Origin: Sphingobacteriales bacterium
GTDB taxonomy: Bacteria; Bacteroidota; Bacteroidia; UKL13-3
Direction of reading: 5' to 3'
DNA length: 64,000 nt
Assembly (NCBI GenBank): GCA_021299635.1
Contig: JAJTFA010000001.1
Location: 283,842 to 347,841, forward strand
Position numbers and translations under genes: made by a program. This document shows, in pieces, positions 20,120-32,105 of the stretch. Below the pieces are notes generated by a model. That model was not told the DNA's origin, ran no database searches, and was given only the letters and a program-made list of their open reading frames with translations. The first letter of the stretch is position 1; each line of letters begins with the position of its first letter.

Positions 20120-21559
20120 TCACACAAGGTGAGATTGGATATGTGTTATTATATCTGCCAAGCTTAGTTCTTGTTGTGTTCCCGCTGTTAAATTTTTCAA
20201 TACCGGTTTGCCTGATTTGATTTCATTTTCACCTATGATAACAGCAAATGGGATATTGAGCGCATTGGCATAGTCTAGTTGCTTGCCTATTTTTTTTACC
20301 ACATCCGGATATACTTCTGTGGCAATACCGGCCTGACGCATTTGAGCAGCCGCATTTATCGCATAGGCCTGACCTGATTTATCAAAATAGCAACATAAGA
20401 TACGGGTTGTGCTTGCTTGTAATGAATCTGGGAACAATGAGAGGTCTTCCATCACATCATAAATCCTGTCTAACCCAAATGAAATACCTACACCTGAAAC
20501 ATCCGGTAAACCAAATATGCCGGTGAGGTTATCATAACGACCACCGCCACCAATACTACTTTTAATAGAACCTGCAGTAGCAACCACTTCAAAAATGGCG
20601 CCTGTATAATAGGTCAAACCCCGGGCCAGTGAGAAGCAAGTTGATAGGTTTACAGGTTTATTGGGTAACGCAGCTATTGTATGGATGATGTGCTCTAGTT
20701 CTTCTATGCCCTTTAAGCCTTCGGCCGAATCCTTTAATTTTATTTTCAGTTCATCAAACTGCTGTTCTCCTTTGCTTTGAATAATTTCAAACAACAACTG
20801 AATTTCATTTTGGGTAAATCCATATTTGCTCAATTCATTTCTTACACCTTCATCACCCACTTTATCAAGCTTATCAATTGAAAGCGCAATTGCATTCATC
20901 TGATCTTTGCCTTTCACTACTTCTGCAATTCCTGTCAGCACTTTTCTGTTATTTAGTTTGATTTCGTAGGGAACAGCCAATGCTGTAAAAACTTCTGCAT
21001 AAATAAGAATTAAATCAATTTCATTTAACAAGCTATTGCTGCCAATCACATCTGCGTCACACTGCCAGAACTCACGGTAGCGACCTTTTTGTGGCCTATC
21101 AGCCCTCCATACAGGTTGCATTTGATATCTTCTGAAAGGAAAAGTAATTTCATTTCGGTTCATCACCACATACCTTGCAAATGGAACGGTAAGGTCATAA
21201 CGCAATCCTTTTTCAGCAAGAAATTTTATGGAGGCTTTAGCATCCAGGTCTTTTAATTTGCCACTGATGGAAGGAAGAAAAGTTCTATCCATGCTTTCAT
21301 CAGCCAGCATACGGTCAGTATAATCTTTCAGTTCTTTCAGGTAGTCACCAGAATTCAATATTCTAAACAATAACTGATCGCCCTCCTCACCATATTTGCC
21401 TTCAAGCGTAGAGAGATTCTCCATAGCAGGTGTTTCAATAGGCATGAAACCATATTTCTTGAAAACCAGTTCAATGGTTTGCAAAATATATTTTCTACGC
21501 TGCACCTGCAGTGCATTAAAATCACGAGTGCCTTTGGGCAAAGTTGGTTTGTGGCTCAT
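20120..21559 (-). CDS. hisS: Histidine--tRNA ligase
   Basis: PKGTRDF, LRYDLTVP, GRYREFWQCD, RGLTYYTG, GGGRYD. Confidence 0.96.
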   Translation of the reverse strand: MSHKPTLPKGTRDFNALQVQRRKYILQTIELVFKKYGFMPIETPAMENLSTLEGKYGEEGDQLLFRILNSGDYLKELKDYTDRMLADESMDRTFLPSISGKLKDLDAKASIKFLAEKGLRYDLTVPFARYVVMNRNEITFPFRRYQMQPVWRADRPQKGRYREFWQCDADVIGSNSLLNEIDLILIYAEVFTALAVPYEIKLNNRKVLTGIAEVVKGKDQMNAIALSIDKLDKVGDEGVRNELSKYGFTQNEIQLLFEIIQSKGEQQFDELKIKLKDSAEGLKGIEELEHIIHTIAALPNKPVNLSTCFSLARGLTYYTGAIFEVVATAGSIKSSIGGGGRYDNLTGIFGLPDVSGVGISFGLDRIYDVMEDLSLFPDSLQASTTRILCCYFDKSGQAYAINAAAQMRQAGIATEVYPDVVKKIGKQLDYANALNIPFAVIIGENEIKSGKPVLKNLTAGTQQELSLADIITHIQSHLV

Positions 21560-21743
21560 AATTATAGTCAGCGAAAATAGCATATTCATTTCACCTAATA
21601 GGAGTATTTTTAATAAAAATATTAGCTTTTATCTTGTTTAAGATGAGGTGTTTATTATATTTACCAAAACATATACCCGAGCAATTATGGCACATTTGGA
21701 TGTAGTTTCTAAACGCTGCTGTGTATACTTAAAACAGGATACC

Positions 21744-24149
21744 ATGAAACACTTTTTGTTATTTTTTTTATTGCAGTTAAATCTGCTTGTTTTTGCTCAA
21801 GGGGGTAAAGAACTGGGTGCAGGCAACGAGTTTAAACAGTTTGTTGCTGATCCTGCAAGCTTAGGCAATCAATCACTCGCATTTAATAAGAAGCAACATG
21901 GCTACTTTGCCTATGCGGCAATGCTTCCGGGTCAATCACCGCATACCCCTGGCCCCATTATTATTAAATGCGATACCGGAAACGGATGGTACGATTTAGC
22001 AGACCTATCCTATTTTGGAGCAGGTATTAAACCTATAGTAACCTTTGATAAGTTTGATACGTTACATATAGCATTTTATAACCAAACAGGTATTACTGTG
22101 CTCAAGCACCGAAATACCTATTGGGAGCGTATGGGCTTTCAGGATTTTCCGCTGGGTTCAAGCCAGGTTTCTGATATAGTTTTAAAATTTGACGCCAATA
22201 ATAAACCCTATATAGCAGGACTGACAGCTGACAGTTCCATTATTATAAAATCATACGATGGTTGGGATTGGTATACAGTGCATGCCTCCGGTAACCTGAA
22301 ATTACTGGGAAAAGACTTTGATTTAGGAATACCGGATGGTGATACAGCACTTTACATAGCAGGGTGTCAGAAAGGGTATAGCGGCTCCAGAGCAGCAACC
22401 ATACTGCGTATGCGTGCACCAGCCTATATTTGGGATACCGTGGCTAACGAGGTCTTTAAGGATACTTCTACAAATAATCCGGTTGATCAGATAGGATGTA
22501 AAATTATTTTTTCTAAGAATGGAAAACTTAATCTTTATCTGAGTTATGCTGATAGTAGTTCAAAAGTATTTTCAATCAATCAACTCTTGGAATGGAAAGA
22601 AGAGGCAAGCCTGCCAAAAAACTGCTCCAATTTCCAAATAGATAAAAATGGTAGATTTTATGCAATTCAAAATGAAGAGAATCAATTCTCACTCATTTCT
22701 ATACAAGATCAGGAATGGCAAAAATTGGGTCAATCTTCCTATCATCAATGGAGCCATGAATTTACTTATGCTTTTAATGATACAATTCCTTATCTGGTAT
22801 TACATAGGCCTCTCCTTAAGCCTGAAATGGTTAAGCTTTCTGGTGCGATCTGGGAAAGAGCAGGCGGAAGTACTGAGGGTAAAGTAGGATTTTCTGACTC
22901 TTCCGTATTTCACTTGAGCATTGCTATAAATCCTCTTATTAACTTTCCATATGCGGCATATACTGATCCTGCTGCTCAAATGAGAACGGTAGTAAAGGCA
23001 TGGAATGGCATTGAGTGGCAAACCATAGGAAGTGAAATTTCTTCTGGCCCTTCAAAGGATAACAAAATTACATTTGATAATGACGGTGTGCCGTATGTTG
23101 TTTTCTCTGATTCTGCTTTCGGATATAAAAATATAGTTAAGAAATACGATGGTACAGAGTGGGTAATGCTTGGAACCCATCCTATTTCAGAAAATGAGGC
23201 TTCAGGAAATCAACTAATCATGACCCTCAATAATAAACCGGCAGTAATTTATTCGGATGCTGGAATGGGCAATGCAATTGCATTGAAGTTTTTTGAATCC
23301 GGTAGTTGGCAACTTTTTGGAGGTAGTAATGTATCAACTGGTGCTGCATCAAAGCCTCAGATCGTTGCCGGTGATGCAGGTGAGTTTATTGTAGCTTATA
23401 TTGATGATACAGATAATAACAAGGTTAAGATAAAGAAGAGTAATGGTATTAGCTGGACGGATTTTTCATCTATGGAGGCTTCTAATGAAGCATTGATTGA
23501 TTTGGGGATGAAACGAAATACCACAGGTGATGTATTCATGATGATGGTTGATGAGCCAGGAAGGAAAATGACTATCAAGAAACTTGAAAACGGTGGAGGA
23601 GAATGGATTGATATGGGTGGTGCTAAAACAAAAGATTCCGTTGGCGGCTCGCCATCTATTGGTTTAGATAGGGTTGGTGCGCCCGTTGTGGCTTATCCAA
23701 ATCCTAAGGCTGGCAACAAACTATCAATAAGAAAATGGGAAGGTACAACATGGCAAAATGTTGGTGTAATGGGAATATCAGCGGGCAGTGTAAGGGATGT
23801 TAATATGGTTATTAACGATAAAAATGATGAAACGTTTGTCGGTTATTCTTCTGTTCAGGGTTTTGTTAGAAGTTTTAACAATACCAATGTAGGCAGTAAG
23901 AAGTTGTTTGCTCCAGACGAACGTTCTGCTTTAAAAGTATATCCAAATCCTGCTTCATCTCACTTTTTAATTTCAGCACCGATGCTGTTCACTCAAGATA
24001 TTGAGTTGTTTGATTTGCATGGCAAGTGTGTACTTAAAATAGCCGCTAAAGGAAAGCAAGAGTTGCTCATAAATAGTACTGGTCTCTCAAACGGTATGTA
24101 TTTACTTAAGAGTGGACTGCAAAGTTCAAGACTCGTTATTGTAAGGTAG
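21744..24149 (+). CDS. Secreted repeat (probable beta-propeller) protein with T9SS type A C-terminal sorting domain
   Basis: Signal peptide MKHFLL...; repeated K.(W/Y)DG..W..(I/L)G units; C-terminal KVYPNPA...LSNGMYLLK. Confidence 0.85.
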   Translation: MKHFLLFFLLQLNLLVFAQGGKELGAGNEFKQFVADPASLGNQSLAFNKKQHGYFAYAAMLPGQSPHTPGPIIIKCDTGNGWYDLADLSYFGAGIKPIVTFDKFDTLHIAFYNQTGITVLKHRNTYWERMGFQDFPLGSSQVSDIVLKFDANNKPYIAGLTADSSIIIKSYDGWDWYTVHASGNLKLLGKDFDLGIPDGDTALYIAGCQKGYSGSRAATILRMRAPAYIWDTVANEVFKDTSTNNPVDQIGCKIIFSKNGKLNLYLSYADSSSKVFSINQLLEWKEEASLPKNCSNFQIDKNGRFYAIQNEENQFSLISIQDQEWQKLGQSSYHQWSHEFTYAFNDTIPYLVLHRPLLKPEMVKLSGAIWERAGGSTEGKVGFSDSSVFHLSIAINPLINFPYAAYTDPAAQMRTVVKAWNGIEWQTIGSEISSGPSKDNKITFDNDGVPYVVFSDSAFGYKNIVKKYDGTEWVMLGTHPISENEASGNQLIMTLNNKPAVIYSDAGMGNAIALKFFESGSWQLFGGSNVSTGAASKPQIVAGDAGEFIVAYIDDTDNNKVKIKKSNGISWTDFSSMEASNEALIDLGMKRNTTGDVFMMMVDEPGRKMTIKKLENGGGEWIDMGGAKTKDSVGGSPSIGLDRVGAPVVAYPNPKAGNKLSIRKWEGTTWQNVGVMGISAGSVRDVNMVINDKNDETFVGYSSVQGFVRSFNNTNVGSKKLFAPDERSALKVYPNPASSHFLISAPMLFTQDIELFDLHGKCVLKIAAKGKQELLINSTGLSNGMYLLKSGLQSSRLVIVR

Positions 24150-25305
24150 ATTCCGAGATATCCAAGGCAGCATCGAGATAAACAAAGATATCTTCCGGCA
24201 ATTCATCTCCGGCTTTGGGCGCGCGTCTATGGCCATAGCGCACCACAATCAAGTTAAGTGAGGGTATGGCAAATACATATTGCCCCCTAATGCCTCGCAT
24301 ATAAAAAATGGGATGTCCTTTATGTTCCATCAGCCACCATTTAAATCCATATTTATTATTGGGCTTACCTTCTCTGTCAACCAGATTAGCCGGTATAACA
24401 GATTCCGCCACATAGGCTGAGTCAATAATCTGTTTACCATTCCATTTTCCATACTGCATCATAAGTTTTGCAAGCCTGGCAAAATCTCTGGCATTGGTAT
24501 ACCAGCAGCAACTAACTTTTTCCATTCCCTTATCATCTATGCTCCAGAAAGCAGTCTTTTCTGCGCCAATGGGTTTCCAAAGTTTTTCTGTGGCGTAGGC
24601 TGCAACGGTTTTACCTGTTACTTTTTTCAGTATCATGCCCAGTAGTTGGGTATCTCCACCCTTGTAATGCCAAACTTTTCCGGGCGCTGTTACCACATCT
24701 GCTTTAAGTGTAAGTGTGTTTACATCCGGTCCGTAATAAGACTCTGCAGGCCATGCAAGCGGACTTACATAATCTTCTTTGAAATCCAAACCGCTGCTCA
24801 TGGTAAGCAAATGTCTTATGGTAATCTTGCTTTTTTCACCTTCTGTAAACTCAGGTAAATAATTACCAACGGGTTCGTCTATGTTCTTTATTAATCCTTC
24901 TGTAACTGCGCATCCGATGAGCATACCTGTAATACTCTTAGCCATTGAAAAAGAGTTGGCCACACTTGCCGAATCATAGTTTTCCCAATATTGCTCATAA
25001 AGCAGGCTGTCGTTTTTTATAACAAGCAAAGCAACTGTTTGGTAATAATTTATCTTATCTGAAATGGCATTGTTTATAGTCGACTGATTATAGGAAGCGG
25101 CATAGGGCCAGGGTTGTGCAGAATCAGCTTTAACTTCATTAAAAGGAAATGCATTCACCTCATCAATATCAGGACTCATTTTACCGCTAAAAATGGTCAG
25201 TGCTAAAACCTTGTTTACATAGGTATTACCCGTGGCAAGCAGCGCTATTTCAAGCAACAAAATAATAAGGATAAGGCTAATGCCAATTCGTTTGAGTATC
25301 TTCAT
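24136..25305 (-). CDS. Serine hydrolase, beta-lactamase class C-like family
   Basis: SFSMAKS (SxxK), TIRHLLTMSSGL, ARDFARL; N-terminal anchor. Confidence 0.88.
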   Translation of the reverse strand: MKILKRIGISLILIILLLEIALLATGNTYVNKVLALTIFSGKMSPDIDEVNAFPFNEVKADSAQPWPYAASYNQSTINNAISDKINYYQTVALLVIKNDSLLYEQYWENYDSASVANSFSMAKSITGMLIGCAVTEGLIKNIDEPVGNYLPEFTEGEKSKITIRHLLTMSSGLDFKEDYVSPLAWPAESYYGPDVNTLTLKADVVTAPGKVWHYKGGDTQLLGMILKKVTGKTVAAYATEKLWKPIGAEKTAFWSIDDKGMEKVSCCWYTNARDFARLAKLMMQYGKWNGKQIIDSAYVAESVIPANLVDREGKPNNKYGFKWWLMEHKGHPIFYMRGIRGQYVFAIPSLNLIVVRYGHRRAPKAGDELPEDIFVYLDAALDISESTLQ

Positions 25306-25348
25306 ACCTACAACATTAGTAAAATTTCAATACAGATAGATGTAAAAT

Positions 25349-25384
25349 AAAAAAGCCTGAACCGATTCGATTCAGGCTTTTTTT
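25349..25384 (-). terminator. Intrinsic terminator downstream of groEL
   Basis: AAAAAAGCCTGAA...TTCAGGCTTTTTT. Confidence 0.8.
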
Positions 25385-25398
25385 GTATCTGTTTAAGA

Positions 25399-27341
<1,943 letters not shown>

Positions 27342-27393
27342 AATTGTTATGTTGTTTTATGTGTTTTTAGGTTGTTAAATATGCGATGTCGCT

Positions 27394-27410
27394 ATCAGAA
27401 CTTATGCCAA
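27394..27410 (-). promoter_or_regulatory. Putative sigma54-like -24/-12 promoter of groES
   Basis: TTGGCATAAGTTCTGAT on minus strand; GG-N10-GA variant. Confidence 0.4.
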
Positions 27411-27741
27411 CAGGAAAATGCTGACACTTTTTCGCAGGGGCGGCAAACATAAGCCGAAAAATTGGCAAATAAGGCTGACAAAATAGATTTTTTCGAGGAT
27501 TTATTAGTAACGGAGCATAAACGCATGTAGCTAAGGCTTTGGCAGATTAATTACTTCTTATTGATTTATGTTATTTTGAATCTTAAAAACCACATTTTCA
27601 AATAAATAAGTTAAAAATGATTGTGTTGATAGTCCATTCCAATCAGATCAATTGGCCTACTTAAATAGTTGAAGCATACTTCAAGGTCTGCGCATATGAT
27701 ATGCTATGAAGCATTATATTGGATCAACATTTTACTGGTGC

Positions 27742-28428
27742 ATGACTAAACGAATTCTGATTACCGGACACAGCAAAGGCATAGGTGCTGCCCTTACCCA
27801 ACAATTATTGGAACAAGGATATGAGGTGCTGGGTATTGCCCGAACACAAACGCCTGCACATTCACAACTCACGCAATGGGCTTATGATTTAAGCAAGCAG
27901 GATGAGGTGATGAAAGTATGTGAACGATTGAGTAATGAGAAATTAGATGTAGCGGTGCTCAATGCCGGTTGGAATGATATCAGACCTGCCGAGGCATATA
28001 CCACAGAAGAAATATTTCAAATTACCACACTTAATTTTGCAGCGCATGCAGCCATTATCCGTGCCACCATTCCTGCATTGTTGCAAACAAGCGGCTGGTT
28101 AATGGGTGTAAGTAGTTTTTCTGCAATGGAGGTAGCAAGGTGGAATAATTATTATGGTGCAGCCAAAGCTGCTTTGCAACATTTGCTGCAAAATATTTTT
28201 GAGCAATACCGCAAGCAAGGATTAAGGGTAACTACGATTGTTCCTGATATAACGCAAACAGATTTTTATAAGCACCAACAATTTGAGCCAACAGATGCTG
28301 CAGAAACATTTTTAAAACCAGAAGTGGTGGCCCAAGTTATTTCAGGTTTCATCATCAATGAACCGGCTTATGTACCTTCTCAGGTAGTGCTGCGACCGCA
28401 ACGGTTTGAGCTGAGAAGGAAGGAATAA
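27742..28428 (+). CDS. Short-chain dehydrogenase/reductase
   Basis: TGHSKGIG, LNAG, YGAAK. Confidence 0.9.
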   Translation: MTKRILITGHSKGIGAALTQQLLEQGYEVLGIARTQTPAHSQLTQWAYDLSKQDEVMKVCERLSNEKLDVAVLNAGWNDIRPAEAYTTEEIFQITTLNFAAHAAIIRATIPALLQTSGWLMGVSSFSAMEVARWNNYYGAAKAALQHLLQNIFEQYRKQGLRVTTIVPDITQTDFYKHQQFEPTDAAETFLKPEVVAQVISGFIINEPAYVPSQVVLRPQRFELRRKE

Positions 28429-28454
28429 AAAAAGGTGCCACAAAGCACCTTTTT
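28427..28454. terminator. Bidirectional terminator between SDR and serS
   Basis: AAAAAAAGGTGC cacaaa GCACCTTTTT. Confidence 0.75.
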
Positions 28455-28473
28455 CTATGTATGTATGATGGTA

Positions 28474-29745
28474 TTAATTAATCACCTCAAAACCGGTATA
28501 AGGCACCAGGGCTTTAGGAATGATGATGCCATTGGGTGTTTGGTTGTTTTCAAGCAAGGTGGCCACAATACGTGGCAAGGCCAAAGCACTGCCATTTAAG
28601 GTATGCACCAGTTGGTTTTTGCCTTCTTTGTTTTTAAAGCGGCATTTTAAACGGTTGGCTTGAAAACTTTCAAAGTTAGAAGTGGAGCTTACTTCCAGCC
28701 AGCGTTGTTGTGCAGCACTGTAGGTTTCAAAATCATAGGTAAGGGCAGAGGTAAAGCCCATATCGCCACCACATAAACGCAAGATGCGAAAAGGCAATTC
28801 CAGTTTGGTTAGCAAGCCTTTTACATGCTCCACCATTTCATCTAATATGCGGTAAGAGTGCTCGGGGTGTGCAATTTGCACAATCTCTACTTTTTCAAAC
28901 TGGTGCAGGCGGTTTAGGCCGCGCACGTGTGCACCCCAACTTCCGGCCTCTCTTCTAAAACAAGGTGAGTAGGCTACATTTTTAATAGGCAACTCTTCTT
29001 CCTTTAAAATTACATCACGGTAAATATTGGTAACCGGTACTTCGGCTGTAGGTATCAAATATAAATCATCTACTTGTGCATGGTACATTTGCCCTTCTTT
29101 ATCGGGCAACTGGCCTGTTCCAAATCCGCTATCGGCATTCACCAGGTAAGGCGGAACAATTTCAGTATATCCTGCTTTCAGTGCTTCATCTAAGAAAAAG
29201 TTAACCAAAGCACGTTGCAAACGTGCGCCTTTGCCTTTGTATACAGGAAATCCGGCACCGGTAATTTTGGTGCCCAGTTCAAAATCTATTAAATCATATT
29301 TGGTAATTAAATCCCAATGCGGCAACGCTCCTTCCGGCATGGCTATGGCGTTTCCTTGCTCAAATATGTTTACATTCTCCTCAGCGGTGCTGCCTTCCGG
29401 CACGGTGGCATGTGGTGTGTTGGGAAGCGTAACTAGTGTATTGAATAATTGATCTTCCGAGATTTTTAATCTTTCTTCCAGTTGCTTGCTCTGTTCTTTA
29501 AGTGCGGCTGTTTTACTTTTCAGTTCTTCCGCTTCGGCCTTTTGTCCGCCCTTCATCAGCTCCCCAATTTTTTTAGCCAACTGGTTGGCTTCAGAAAGGT
29601 TGGCTTCCAGGGTTTGCTTAATCTTGCGTGTTTCTTCATCCAGTTTTAAAACCTCATCCACCACCGCAGCAAACTTTGGGTTGCGTTTGTTCAGTCGTTG
29701 TTTTATTTCTGTTGTGTTTTCTCTTATTTGTTGAATCTGTAGCAT
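28474..29745 (-). CDS. serS: Serine--tRNA ligase
   Basis: LIPTAEVP, FRREAGS, RLHQFEKVE, HTLNGSALA. Confidence 0.97.
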   Translation of the reverse strand: MLQIQQIRENTTEIKQRLNKRNPKFAAVVDEVLKLDEETRKIKQTLEANLSEANQLAKKIGELMKGGQKAEAEELKSKTAALKEQSKQLEERLKISEDQLFNTLVTLPNTPHATVPEGSTAEENVNIFEQGNAIAMPEGALPHWDLITKYDLIDFELGTKITGAGFPVYKGKGARLQRALVNFFLDEALKAGYTEIVPPYLVNADSGFGTGQLPDKEGQMYHAQVDDLYLIPTAEVPVTNIYRDVILKEEELPIKNVAYSPCFRREAGSWGAHVRGLNRLHQFEKVEIVQIAHPEHSYRILDEMVEHVKGLLTKLELPFRILRLCGGDMGFTSALTYDFETYSAAQQRWLEVSSTSNFESFQANRLKCRFKNKEGKNQLVHTLNGSALALPRIVATLLENNQTPNGIIIPKALVPYTGFEVIN

Positions 29746-29761
29746 CTGGACTTACTTAATT

Positions 29762-30196
29762 TTATTCGTTCACTGTAATCTTCAAAATCTTATCACCTTG
29801 TCTTATCTGGTCAATTACCTCCACACCACCTACTACTTTGCCAAAGCAGGTATGATTTCTATCCAGGTGTTGGGTGTTTTGTCTGTTATGGCATATAAAA
29901 AATTGTGAACCACCGGTATCGCGGCCTCTGTGGGCCATAGAAAGTACCCCCTTATCATGGTATTGGTTACCACCGGTAAGTTCGCACTTAATGCTGTATC
30001 CCGGTCCGCCTGCACCTGTTCCGGTTGGGTCGCCACCTTGCACCACAAAGTCAGGAATTACGCGGTGAAAAGTGGTATTATCATAATAACCACTCTTGGC
30101 CAGTTTGCAAAAATTTTCAACGGTGTTTGGCGCATCCGTTTCATAAAAATCTACATGCATTACACCTTTATCGGTGTGTATTTCAGCTGTTCTCAT
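29762..30196 (-). CDS. Cyclophilin-type peptidyl-prolyl isomerase
   Basis: FHRVIPDFVVQGGDP, SMAH.G.DTGGSQFFI. Confidence 0.93.
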   Translation of the reverse strand: MRTAEIHTDKGVMHVDFYETDAPNTVENFCKLAKSGYYDNTTFHRVIPDFVVQGGDPTGTGAGGPGYSIKCELTGGNQYHDKGVLSMAHRGRDTGGSQFFICHNRQNTQHLDRNHTCFGKVVGGVEVIDQIRQGDKILKITVNE

Positions 30197-30298
30197 AAGT
30201 AAGTAAATAGGCTTCGAAAATAAGTAAATACAACTGGTTTTGCCCAACATTTTAAGAATTCAATTATTCAGTTAAATTGCACCCAAATTAAATAACCA

Positions 30299-31687
30299 AT
30301 GAATTACGATGTAATAGTTATTGGCAGCGGCCCCGGAGGATATGTTGCCGCTATCAGAGCCAGTCAGTTAGGTTTAAAAACAGCCATTGTTGAGCGTGAA
30401 AGCCTGGGAGGTATTTGCCTCAATTGGGGTTGCATACCCACCAAAGCATTATTAAAATCTGCTCAGGTTTTTGAGTATGTAAAGCATGCTGCCGATTATG
30501 GCATTTCTATTAAAGATGCCTCGCATGATTTCGGTGCCGTTATTAAACGCAGCCGTGGTGTGGCAGATGGCATGAGCAAAGGCATTGCCTTTTTAATGAA
30601 GAAAAATAAAATCGATGTTATTATGGGCTCAGGCAAGGTAGCAGCCGCATCCAAAGTAGAAGTTACAGATGCTGCAGGTGCCAAAAAAACCTACGATGCC
30701 AAACATATTATTCTGGCAACAGGAGCCCGCAGCCGCGAGTTGCCAAATATTAAAATTGATGGTAAAAAAGTAATCGGCTATCGTGAGGCAATGACACTTC
30801 CAACTCAGCCAAAATCTATGATAGTAATGGGTAGCGGAGCCATTGGCTGTGAGTTTGCCTATTTCTACAATACCATGGGAACCAAAGTTACCATCGTGGA
30901 GTTTATGCCTAATATCTTGCCAATTGAAGATGAGGATGTATCCAAAGAAGTAGCTAAATCATTTAAAAAATCCGGTATCGAAATCATGACCGATGCTGCT
31001 GTTGAGTCGGTAGACACCAAAGGCAATACCTGCAAGGTTAAAGTTAAAACCAAAACCGGTATGGTAGATCTGGAGGCCGATGTGGTGCTATCTGCCGTAG
31101 GTGTGCAAACCAACCTTGAAAACCTGGGATTAGAAACCTTGGGTATTAAAACAGATAAAGGCAAAGTTGTGGTTGATGATTTTTATGCAACCAATATTAA
31201 AGGCATTTATGCCATTGGCGATATTGTAAAAGGCCCGGCCTTGGCGCACGTTGCCAGTGCCGAGGGTATTATTTGTGTAGAAAAAATTGCCGGACATCAC
31301 CCCGAGCCTTTAAACTATAACAATATTCCTGGCTGCACTTATTGCCTGCCGGAGGTAGCATCGGTTGGGTATACAGAGAAGGCTGCAAAAGAAGCAGGCT
31401 ATCAAATTAAAGTGGGTAAGTTTCCTTTTAGTGCCAGCGGAAAAGCCAGCGCAGCCGGAGCCAAAGAAGGTTTTGTAAAAGTAATTTTCGATGCCAAGTA
31501 TGGTGAGTTTTTGGGCGCACACATGGTAGGAGCCAACGTAACAGAAATGATAGCCGAAGTAGTTGCAGCACGCAAACTAGAAACCACCGGCATGGAAATC
31601 ATCAAAACCGTACATCCGCATCCAACCATGAGCGAGGCCGTAATGGAAGCCGCAGCCTTGGCCTATGGCGAGTGCATTCACTTATAA
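30299..31687 (+). CDS. lpdA: Dihydrolipoyl dehydrogenase
   Basis: GSGPGG, GGICLNWGCIPTK, HPHPTMSE. Confidence 0.96.
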   Translation: MNYDVIVIGSGPGGYVAAIRASQLGLKTAIVERESLGGICLNWGCIPTKALLKSAQVFEYVKHAADYGISIKDASHDFGAVIKRSRGVADGMSKGIAFLMKKNKIDVIMGSGKVAAASKVEVTDAAGAKKTYDAKHIILATGARSRELPNIKIDGKKVIGYREAMTLPTQPKSMIVMGSGAIGCEFAYFYNTMGTKVTIVEFMPNILPIEDEDVSKEVAKSFKKSGIEIMTDAAVESVDTKGNTCKVKVKTKTGMVDLEADVVLSAVGVQTNLENLGLETLGIKTDKGKVVVDDFYATNIKGIYAIGDIVKGPALAHVASAEGIICVEKIAGHHPEPLNYNNIPGCTYCLPEVASVGYTEKAAKEAGYQIKVGKFPFSASGKASAAGAKEGFVKVIFDAKYGEFLGAHMVGANVTEMIAEVVAARKLETTGMEIIKTVHPHPTMSEAVMEAAALAYGECIHL

Positions 31688-31710
31688 TCATTCACACACA
31701 CGATACAAAC

Positions 31711-31741
31711 AAAAGGCCGCCTGTAAAAGGTGGCCTTTTTT
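31711..31741 (+). terminator. Intrinsic terminator after lpdA
   Basis: AAAAGGCCGCC...GGTGGCCTTTTTT. Confidence 0.75.
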
Positions 31742-31744
31742 ATT

Positions 31745-31868
31745 GGGCGTTCCCCTGATGCTTGCGCCATCGCATGCGCCTGCGCAAGCAATATCAGGGT
31801 CGGGCTATGCGTTGCAAGTCCTCGTTCCCTCCGCTCACTGCGGGCTTTCCACTGCTATCCCTAACGCG
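31745..31868 (+). ncRNA. Structured GC-rich intergenic element resembling the Flavo-1 RNA motif / Bacteroidota repeat
   Basis: GGGCGT.CCC...GGGTCGGGCT...GCAAGTCCT...GGGCTTTCC.CTGCTATCCCTAACGC; family assigned from memory only. Confidence 0.5.
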
Positions 31869-32009
31869 ATTTTTAATAGCATCATAATCGTTGAAACATA
31901 ACCTAATCATAATGAGTAATTATTCACTGCGCTTAAGGGCTTTCGTAAGGTGGGAAGTTAAATTAAACAGATGGCATTCCTCAACGGAATAATATGCTCC
32001 TTACAAAAC

Positions 32010-32036
32010 AAAAGCGAGCTTTATTAAAACTCGCTT
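32010..32036 (-). terminator. Diverged duplicate of the tRNA-Asp terminator
   Basis: AAAAGCGAG...CTCGCTT, similar to 32358-32389. Confidence 0.65.
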
Positions 32037-32064
32037 CATTTGTTTAACCAATATTGGTTATTTA

Positions 32065-32104
32065 GCGGTGCGGACGCCCCGAGTACTCGGGGGAACCCGC
32101 GACC
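32065..32104 (-). pseudogene. tRNA-Asp 3'-part copy with T-loop segment replaced by a 16 bp palindrome
   Basis: GGTCGCGGGTTC-[CCCCGAGTACTCGGGG]-CGTCCGCACCGC versus tRNA GGTCGCGGGTTC-GAGTCC-CGTCCGCACCGC. Confidence 0.85.
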
Positions 32105-32105
32105 A

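Noticed and set aside
31665..31901. 78 aa ORF after lpdA
   Set aside because: Overlaps the lpdA end, its terminator and the structured repeat; no protein features.
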